64,000 nucleotides of DNA, taken from NCBI GenBank assembly GCA_963816395.1, contig CAWFKQ010000005.1, forward strand, positions 64,001-128,000, written 5' to 3'. The notes under the pieces are model-generated. The model was not told the DNA's origin and ran no database searches. It was given only the letters and a program-made list of their open reading frames with translations. This document shows positions 57,144 through 64,000 of this stretch, piece by piece. The first letter of the stretch is position 1, and each line of letters opens with the position of its first letter. This stretch comes from an uncultured delta proteobacterium. GTDB lineage: Bacteria > Desulfobacterota > Desulfuromonadia > Desulfuromonadales > JACZKF01. The position numbers and the translations under genes are program-made.

Positions 57144-58832
57144 TTATTTGGCTCCGATAATCGCCTTCGTCACATTGAAGGTATGATCACCGATCTTTTC
57201 GAAATTATGCAGCATGTCTATGTAGATGAGCCCCTGCTGAACTCCACACTCGCCGGTATTGAGACGGGAAATGTGGTTGTTGCGGAGGAGGTTTTCCAAC
57301 TGATCGATGCCCTCCTCCATGTAATCGGCCTTCTGGCCTATGGTCCGGTCGCGCCGTTCCATGGCGGCAATTACGAAATCCAGGAAATCACGGGTTTTCC
57401 CGGCCAGTTCCTGAATTTCGCCGCCGGCGACATCGGAAAAGATGACCTTCTGCGTTTTTTTGCGCTGGGTGAGCAGCCAAAGGTTTTCGCAGTGGTCACC
57501 GACCCGCTCAAGGTCGTTGACCATGTGCATCATCGAGGCAATATCTCTGGACGTCTCCTGGGTGATCGACATCTGGGAGAGCGCCACCAGGAAATCTGTG
57601 ATTTCCTTCTGCAGAAGGTCAACCATGTCCTCTTTCTTCTCCAGGCCGGGAATCCTCTTTTCATCCATATCCTGCATGAAAAGGACGGTTTCATCCAGCA
57701 TGTCCAGGCAAATCTGGGCCATCCGCTTGGTTTCCGCCCGGGCCTGGCCCAGCGCAATCGGCGGAGTGTTCAGCACCCGGGTATCGATAAACTGGAGATG
57801 GAATTCGATCTCCTCTTCTTTGCCACGGACAAGCATGGTCGCCAGCTTGGCCAATAATCCGACAAGAGGCAGAAATATGATGGTATTTATTATGTTAAAA
57901 AGGGTGTGGGCATTAGCGATATGGCGGGCAATAAACGGCTTGTCGCCAATAGTCGCCGCCATGCTGGCCGCCTGCTGCTGAGTCTGAACGACGAAATCGG
58001 GGTTGCCGGGTGTGATGGCGGTTACAATGTGCAGAAAAAGGGGGAACAGCAGCAGCATGTAGGCAACACCGATGATGTTGAAGAGAAAGTGGGCCAAGGC
58101 AGTCCGCCGGGCCGCCAGATTGGTGCCGATGGCCGCCAGGTTGGCAGTTATGGTAGTGCCGATATTTTCCCCGAGAATAAGGGCAACGCTGGCGTCGAAG
58201 GTCAGCAGGCCTGTGGAGGCCAGGGCGATGGTGAGGCCGATGGTGGCGCTGCTGCTTTGGACGATGATGGTCAAAACCGCCCCAATCAACACGCCAAGCA
58301 GATGGTTGTCGCCGATAGCCAGGAAGAAATTCCGGAACTCAGCGCTTCCCCGGATCGGCTTGAAAGCATCCTCCATGTTGGTCAGGCCATAGAAAAGAAT
58401 ACCGAAACCGAGGAGGATCTCGCCTATGTAGACCCATTTTTTATTGCGGGAGAAAAGTTTGAGGCCGGCGCCTATTCCGATCGCCGGCAGGGCGTATTTG
58501 GTGATCTTGAAGGCGATCAACTGGGCGGTCACGGTGGTGCCGATGTTGGCACCGAGGACTACCCCGATCGACTGCACCAGGGACATTAAGCCGGCGTTGA
58601 CGAAGCCAACCACCATGACCGTGGTGGCGCTCGAGGACTGGATGATGGCGGTCACCGCCAGGCCGACCAGGGTGCCGATGATCCGGTTGTTGGTCAGGGC
58701 CGCGAGGATCTGCCGCATCCGGTCGCCGGCCACTTTCTGCAGCCCTTCGGACATGATTTTCATTCCGAAGAGAAAGAGGCCGAGACCTCCAATCAGGCCG
58801 AAAAGCATCGACTCGTTGAGCAAAACGGACAT
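57144..58832 (-). CDS. Na/Pi cotransporter with PhoU-like C-terminal domains
   Basis: Repeated QSSSAT and G.NIGTT motifs, plus DLERVGDH and EKIGDH. Confidence 0.95.
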   Translation of the reverse strand: MSVLLNESMLFGLIGGLGLFLFGMKIMSEGLQKVAGDRMRQILAALTNNRIIGTLVGLAVTAIIQSSSATTVMVVGFVNAGLMSLVQSIGVVLGANIGTTVTAQLIAFKITKYALPAIGIGAGLKLFSRNKKWVYIGEILLGFGILFYGLTNMEDAFKPIRGSAEFRNFFLAIGDNHLLGVLIGAVLTIIVQSSSATIGLTIALASTGLLTFDASVALILGENIGTTITANLAAIGTNLAARRTALAHFLFNIIGVAYMLLLFPLFLHIVTAITPGNPDFVVQTQQQAASMAATIGDKPFIARHIANAHTLFNIINTIIFLPLVGLLAKLATMLVRGKEEEIEFHLQFIDTRVLNTPPIALGQARAETKRMAQICLDMLDETVLFMQDMDEKRIPGLEKKEDMVDLLQKEITDFLVALSQMSITQETSRDIASMMHMVNDLERVGDHCENLWLLTQRKKTQKVIFSDVAGGEIQELAGKTRDFLDFVIAAMERRDRTIGQKADYMEEGIDQLENLLRNNHISRLNTGECGVQQGLIYIDMLHNFEKIGDHTFNVTKAIIGAK

Positions 58833-59006
58833 GATTTCCTCGTGTTTTGGATGTTGGCTGAGGATCGCCGCGAACGGGGATTAAGCCCGCGAAGGCCCGG
58901 GTGAATATAACCGAGGGATTGATATTTTTCAATGGAAAAGGGGCGAGGACGGGTTGCAATCCCGTTACGCCGGGTAATCAGCGGGAGAATTGGGAAATCT
59001 GTGGGT

Positions 59007-59486
59007 TCAGGATTTCAGGTTGAGGGACCAGAGCAGCATTTCCCTGTATTCATCGTTGCTTTCTCGGACGCGCTGGCTGAATACCCGCATCAGGTTGCGC
59101 AGCAGTTTGAGCGCCAGTTTCGGATTTTCCTCGCAGAACTGGTCGAAATCGTCTTTCCGGATGCTCAGCAGCCGGGCTTTTTCCGCCACCCGGGCGGTGG
59201 CTGAACGTGGTGCTTCACCTATTATGGCCATTTCTCCAAAGACATCCTCGGGGCCGAGAATGACAAGGATCTTTTCCTCTCCCTCCGCGAGCATCCTGGA
59301 GATCTTGATAGTTCCTTCCCTGATCAGATAAAGGGATTCTCCTGGCATGTTCTCAATGAAAACGGTCATCCCCTCCGCAATTTCCTTTTCCTGGAAAATG
59401 GCCGAGAGCCCGTTAAAATCATTTTCCGTCATGCCCGCAAGAAGCGGGCTGTCCTTCAAATTTCTCAATTCGGCTTTGTCGATCAT
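59007..59486 (-). CDS. Stand-alone cyclic nucleotide-binding domain protein
   Basis: LYLI.EG, FGEMA and PRSATA. No HTH domain. Confidence 0.9.
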   Translation of the reverse strand: MIDKAELRNLKDSPLLAGMTENDFNGLSAIFQEKEIAEGMTVFIENMPGESLYLIREGTIKISRMLAEGEEKILVILGPEDVFGEMAIIGEAPRSATARVAEKARLLSIRKDDFDQFCEENPKLALKLLRNLMRVFSQRVRESNDEYREMLLWSLNLKS

Positions 59487-59504
59487 ACGCCCAATTTTAC
59501 AACC

Positions 59505-60029
59505 TCACTCCTTGCTATCTGCCTGTTTCACAAAATCCAGACGGTATTGTACGTAATTTTCGGCCGATTGCCGCAGCTGGAGGATTTCCGAATCCGTCAG
59601 GCTCCTCCGGGGACGCCCGGGAGTGCCCATGACCAGCATGCGTGGCGGAACGACCGTTGCCGGGGCGATTACGGAGCCTGCCGCGACAATCGATTCTTCA
59701 CCGATAACCGCACCGTCAAGCACAATCGCCCCGATACCGATCAGACAGCGGTCACCGATGGTGCAGCCGTGCAGGGTGACACTATGTCCGATCGTCACTT
59801 CGTTGCCGATTAATGTCGGATGGAGGTTGCGGGTGACGTGAATGACCGAACTATCCTGCACGTTGGAGCGGTTGCCTATGCGGATAAAATTGACGTCGCC
59901 CCGGACGACGGCATTGAACCAGACGCTCGATTCATCGCCGATGGTGACCTCCCCAATCAGCTGGGCGCTCTTTTCAATAAAAGCGGAGGGGGCAATCAGC
60001 GGATATTTATCATGATGAGGCAGCAACAT
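59505..60029 (-). CDS. Gamma-class carbonic anhydrase family protein
   Basis: Hexapeptide repeats, RGDVN, NVQD..VIH and IGH...LHGC. Confidence 0.93.
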   Translation of the reverse strand: MLLPHHDKYPLIAPSAFIEKSAQLIGEVTIGDESSVWFNAVVRGDVNFIRIGNRSNVQDSSVIHVTRNLHPTLIGNEVTIGHSVTLHGCTIGDRCLIGIGAIVLDGAVIGEESIVAAGSVIAPATVVPPRMLVMGTPGRPRRSLTDSEILQLRQSAENYVQYRLDFVKQADSKE

Positions 60030-60177
60030 GCAGAATTTCCGAGGAATTGCGTCCAGCACCTGGCGAGGGAAGTATTTTTGGAAGGTCTATAGCCCTCCAA
60101 AGGGGAGATGCGTATCGAAAGGCGCATGGCGAGCGAAGACCCTACGCCTTCCCCTGCGGCGGAGCCTATGGCTTATG

Positions 60178-60465
60178 CTATTTCTCGTTACTCGTGTTGA
60201 CCCGGTCCCGCAATTCTTTGCCTACCTTGAAAAAGGGGAGCCTTTTCGGATTGACCCGAATGACTTCGCCTGTTTTCGGGTTGCGCCCCATATAGGCTTT
60301 GTAATCCTTCACCATGAAGCTGCCGAAGCCGCGGATCTCGATCCGCCCTCCCTGGGCGAGTTCCTCGGACATGGAATCGAAGATGATGTTGACGATTTCT
60401 TCCGATTTCTTGAAAGTCAGGTTTTTCCGACTGCCCAAAGCTTCTACCAGTTCCGATTTATTCAT
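60178..60465 (-). CDS. ihfB: Integration host factor beta subunit
   Basis: MNKSEL, RIEIRGFGSF, GRNPKTGE and FK.GKELRDRVN. Confidence 0.93.
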   Translation of the reverse strand: MNKSELVEALGSRKNLTFKKSEEIVNIIFDSMSEELAQGGRIEIRGFGSFMVKDYKAYMGRNPKTGEVIRVNPKRLPFFKVGKELRDRVNTSNEK

Positions 60466-60567
60466 TGATGACAAGCCTCCCCTGGGAAGTTGTCTCTGCT
60501 TCTGTTAATCTCCTTTGGCCAGTATTTTTCTTTACTTACAAAGAATATACAAGGGTACCGCGGCGTG

Positions 60568-61869
60568 TCAATAGAGGGCGGGGTAATGAGGATAAGCGTT
60601 CAGCGGGATTTTTCCAGCAATTCCGATCCCTCCCGGCACAGATCGGGATCGAGGCCGGGGGCACTCAAGCGCCTGTTCCAGCAGGGAGATCCCTTCTTTC
60701 CGCCAGCCACAGGCCAGGTAAGCCTGGGCTATGCGTAGTCTCCACCGGGGGTTGCCGGGTTCCTGCCGGAGAGCGCCTTTGAAGGTCTCAAGCGCCTTTT
60801 CGGCATGTTTTCGGTGCCGCAGCCAGAACTCGGCCAGGTGCGGATTTAAACCGCCGCAGCCCGGAGAGGTCAGACGGCTCAAACAATCCTCTGCCTCGGC
60901 CAGGCGACCGCTGCGTTCCAGCAGGTTGGCGGCGAGAAGATATGTCTCCGGGTCAGCGCCGTCGTTTGCCACCGCTTCCAGGGCGAGGTCGAGGGCGGCG
61001 GAAATTTCGCCTCGCCCGGCGAAAATGGCGGCCAGCCGCCCCTGGCAGAAGGCGGTGTTGCTCCCCTCATCCAGCATTCGACGTAAGCGCGCCTCCGCCT
61101 CCCCTACCCGGCCTCGAATGAGATCCAGGTTAACCAGGGTTTCCCGGGCCAGTTCGAGCTCGGGATTGATGGTTACGGCGCGTTCGAGGTCGACGGAAGC
61201 CTCCTCGGAATTACCCATACGGGCCAGGAGGGATCCACGCTCGAAATGAAAAAGGTCATTCCGTTCTCCCGGCGGCACCTGCGCGAAGTTCTCCAGCGCC
61301 TCCGCCTCCTGCCCTTCATGTGCCAGCAGGAAAGCCGTGAGAAAAGGACCTTGCAGGGATTCGTAGCGCGCGGACATCTGATCGGGATAAGCGGACAGGA
61401 GCAGATCGAGACGGGTCCGGTCATCCAGACCGGAGGCCGGCAGCTCTTCCGGCACCGCTACTCTACTGTCTCCGCAACCCTCAGGGCAGCAGCCTGCCGA
61501 ATTATGGTCGACCGTGGCCGGTGGGCCGGGTGAAGGATTCGAAACAGTGGCCGGTATCGATCTCTCCCGCGCTCGTTCCTGCAGGTGGGGATCGTGGGCC
61601 TGGGAGGCCGCCAGGGTGAAATGCTCCCGCGCCCGCACCGGATCACCGGCGTTCAGAAAAGCCTCTCCCTCGGCGAGATTCATCTCGGCCAGCGAATTGC
61701 CGGCGGCGGCCAGCAACTCCTCCATTTCCACTCGCTCCTCGAGGGTAATGGAGGATAGCTGCAGAGATTCTCCCTCCACCAGGGCATCGGCCCAACGCTG
61801 CTGCTGGACGGCTTGCCGGAGGCCGCCAAGACGATGTTTCGGAGCAAATATTTTTTTCAGAAAACTCAT
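60568..61869 (-). CDS. Tetratricopeptide-repeat protein (C-terminus probably frameshifted)
   Basis: Multiple TPR-like helical repeats with a Cys-rich linker GCCPEGCG. Confidence 0.8.
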   Translation of the reverse strand: MSFLKKIFAPKHRLGGLRQAVQQQRWADALVEGESLQLSSITLEERVEMEELLAAAGNSLAEMNLAEGEAFLNAGDPVRAREHFTLAASQAHDPHLQERARERSIPATVSNPSPGPPATVDHNSAGCCPEGCGDSRVAVPEELPASGLDDRTRLDLLLSAYPDQMSARYESLQGPFLTAFLLAHEGQEAEALENFAQVPPGERNDLFHFERGSLLARMGNSEEASVDLERAVTINPELELARETLVNLDLIRGRVGEAEARLRRMLDEGSNTAFCQGRLAAIFAGRGEISAALDLALEAVANDGADPETYLLAANLLERSGRLAEAEDCLSRLTSPGCGGLNPHLAEFWLRHRKHAEKALETFKGALRQEPGNPRWRLRIAQAYLACGWRKEGISLLEQALECPRPRSRSVPGGIGIAGKIPLNAYPHYPALY

Positions 61870-61891
61870 TGGCGATCCAGGGTAAACCGGG

Positions 61892-62458
61892 TCAGATCGT
61901 GGTGAAGGGGGACAGGGTCCAGATGATTTTGGCTTCGTCATCGCCAACGTTTTCCCAGCGGTGCGGAAGATGCGATTTGAAGGAGAGGCTGTCTCCTGGC
62001 TGCAGCAGGTAGGTTTCTCCCGTGATGACCACTTTCATATTGCCCTGTAGAACAAAGAGGAGCTCATCGCCTGGATGATACATGTTCTGCAGCCCGCTTC
62101 GACCCCCTTTGGGCACCGTACAGAAAAAAGAGGTAAACTGCGGATCGCGCAGGCCCGAGGTGAAGGACTCGGTATGCATGTTCCGCTCGTCTTCATAGAC
62201 GTTGGTATCTCTTTTGCCCGGGGTGGAAAAGACGATCTCGTGAGTGGTGACTACCTCTTCCACAAAATAGTTGATGCTTTTGTCGAACACCCCGGCCAAT
62301 TTCATCAGGATTTCCACTGAAGGGATAGTCAGTCCGCGCTCGATGCGGGAGATCATGTTGGAGGAAACTTTGGATTTTCCCGCCAGCTCCTGAATAGTCA
62401 GGTCATTCTTCAAGCGAATGGCCTTAAGCTTTTTTCCGACGATTTTTTTGATCCTCAT
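61892..62458 (-). CDS. XRE-family HTH regulator with cupin domain
   Basis: HTH with ISRIERG..PS, and cupin H.G.E...GDSL.F....H.W.N. Confidence 0.93.
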   Translation of the reverse strand: MRIKKIVGKKLKAIRLKNDLTIQELAGKSKVSSNMISRIERGLTIPSVEILMKLAGVFDKSINYFVEEVVTTHEIVFSTPGKRDTNVYEDERNMHTESFTSGLRDPQFTSFFCTVPKGGRSGLQNMYHPGDELLFVLQGNMKVVITGETYLLQPGDSLSFKSHLPHRWENVGDDEAKIIWTLSPFTTI

Positions 62459-62539
62459 ATCATTCTCCGGACGGTGCCGCGATAAAGCGCAGAGAAGAAG
62501 TAGAAAAAATATAAAAATGTTTTATTTTATCAGGACTCT

Positions 62540-63106
62540 TCATTGTGAAACGTTTGGTGCAGGTGAAACGACCCAAAGAACGATCGTCTTCCCGTCGTAG
62601 CGGTTTCGCCATCGATGCGGCAGGGAGGCTTTAAAAACCAGGGAATCCCCTTCCTCGAGTAGATAGGTGTCGCCGTCGATGCTAAATTCCAATCGTCCCT
62701 GCTGGACCAGGGCGAATTCTTCGCCGGTATGCACCATTCCTCCCTCGCCGCTACTCACCCCCTCTTCCAGAGTATCGTAGAAGACCGAGAAACTGGGATC
62801 GCGAATCCCCTGAGTAAGGCTGGTGATCTGGTGTTTATCCTCAAAGAAGAAGATCGGCTCACCCTGCCCTTTGGGCGTGTGGACCACCGTCATTCCCTTC
62901 TCCGCCTCCTCAACGAAATAGTTGATGCTCATGCCGAAGGCACCGGCAAGTTTCATCAGGATTTCCACGGAGGGGGTGGTGAGTCCGCGCTCAATGCGGG
63001 AAATCATGTTGGAGGAAACGCGGGAACGCACCGCAAGTTCTTGAATGGTCATGTCATTCTTCAGTCGTGTCGCCTTCAGTTTTTTCCCGATCAGTTTCTT
63101 TACCAC
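62540..63106 (-). CDS. XRE-family HTH regulator with cupin domain (paralog)
   Basis: Same architecture as the neighbouring gene, with a near-identical HTH. Confidence 0.93.
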   Translation of the reverse strand: MVKKLIGKKLKATRLKNDMTIQELAVRSRVSSNMISRIERGLTTPSVEILMKLAGAFGMSINYFVEEAEKGMTVVHTPKGQGEPIFFFEDKHQITSLTQGIRDPSFSVFYDTLEEGVSSGEGGMVHTGEEFALVQQGRLEFSIDGDTYLLEEGDSLVFKASLPHRWRNRYDGKTIVLWVVSPAPNVSQ

Positions 63107-63212
63107 GATCGCCTCTCCTGATAGAAATGAAAAGATGTTCTACCATTATCCGGTTTTTCTGTCAATACGATATGAGACATCGTCCGGCATAAATGGTATT
63201 TTTTCATTTTGC

Positions 63213-63244
63213 TTGTCAACCTCCACCTAAGACGTGGTTGACAA
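63213..63244. promoter_or_regulatory. BirA (biotin) operator
   Basis: Perfect TTGTCAACC-N14-GGTTGACAA upstream of bioB. Confidence 0.88.
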
Positions 63245-63297
63245 TTCCCCGAGCCATCTGTAACCTGTGCTCCTTACCCGTTTCGGAGAGGTTCTAT

Positions 63298-64000
63298 ATG
63301 CATTCGCTGGATAGTTTAAGTAGCCGCGTTCTGCTTGGCGAGAGGCCGACCATGGAGGAAGCCATGGCCATACTGCGGGCGGGCGGTGCCGACCTGACCT
63401 TTGTCCTGGCTGGCGCCCACCGCCTGCGCGAGCATTTCTTCGGCAACCGGGTCGAACTTTGCTCAATCATCAATGCCAAATCGGGACGTTGTGCGGAGAA
63501 CTGCTCATTCTGCGCCCAATCGGCCCATAATCGCACCTCGACGCCCGTCTATCCCCTTAAGCCGCTAGAGGAGATCATCGCCGGGGCGCACCGGGCGCAG
63601 GCGGAAGGGTCGCACTGCTACGGTATCGTCACCAGCGGCACCCGAGTCCAGCCCGGCGAAGAACTGGAGCGCATTCTTGCCGCCCTTCGCACGATTCGGG
63701 AAACCACCGTTATCGAGCCGTCCGCTTCCCTGGGGATTCTCGATGCCGAAACCGCCGCCGCCCTGGCGTCCGCCGGCTGCGTCACCTATCATCACAACCT
63801 GGAAACCGCCCGCTCTTTTTTCCCGGAGATCTGCACCACCCACGATTACGAAGAGGATGTGGAAACGGTTCGGCTGGCCAAGCGAGCCGGCATGAAGGTC
63901 TGCTGCGGCGGTATTTTCGGCCTTGGGGAATCGCTGGAACAGCGGGCGGAGATGGCCTTCACTCTGCGGGAGCTGGATATCGATTCGGTGCCGCTGAACT
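63298..64000 (+). CDS. bioB: Biotin synthase (partial, runs off the window; absent from ORF track)
   Basis: Read from sequence: IINAKSGRCAENCSFCAQS (radical SAM CxxxCxxC), YHHNLET, CCGGIFGLGE and SVPLN. Confidence 0.95.
   Translation, partial: MHSLDSLSSRVLLGERPTMEEAMAILRAGGADLTFVLAGAHRLREHFFGNRVELCSIINAKSGRCAENCSFCAQSAHNRTSTPVYPLKPLEEIIAGAHRAQAEGSHCYGIVTSGTRVQPGEELERILAALRTIRETTVIEPSASLGILDAETAAALASAGCVTYHHNLETARSFFPEICTTHDYEEDVETVRLAKRAGMKVCCGGIFGLGESLEQRAEMAFTLRELDIDSVPLN

Overview
GC-rich bacterial window, most consistent with a Desulfuromonadales-type deltaproteobacterium (inferred from gene content, not from a marker gene). Many genes, including housekeeping ones (carA, pyrC, recG, addAB, paaK), are broken by single-base indels, often in homopolymers. 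This points to an unpolished long-read assembly, so I treat these breaks as probable errors. Contents in order: (1) ChaN plus M1 aminopeptidase and a surface lipoprotein. (2) A copper/heavy-metal island of about 13 kb: an HMA protein, DUF2318, a MacB/LolD-type ABC system, zinc-ribbon proteins, cusCBA, a Met-rich periplasmic protein and copA. Three of its transcription units share a non-canonical sigma54-type promoter (GG-N10-GA) and paired upstream palindromes. (3) A five-part Rieske/cytochrome b complex of Thermus/actinobacterial type, flanked by two paralogous pentaheme cytochromes c. (4) Phospholipase D, a candidate sRNA, transglutaminase, 3D, VanZ, AddAB-like, acyl-CoA ligase and EEP genes. 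(5) A rhodanese-like selenoprotein (CxU plus SECIS) that the ORF track truncates. (6) lepA-lepB, a PyrR-attenuated pyrRBC-carAB-greA operon, recG, SUI1, hemolysin III and tRNA-Pro(GGG). (7) paaK/ACT, ppx, Na/Pi, ihfB, tandem XRE-cupin regulators and a BirA-box-preceded bioB. A dispersed family of heptamer-based inverted repeats occupies several intergenic gaps. I saw no CRISPR array, integrase or transposase.
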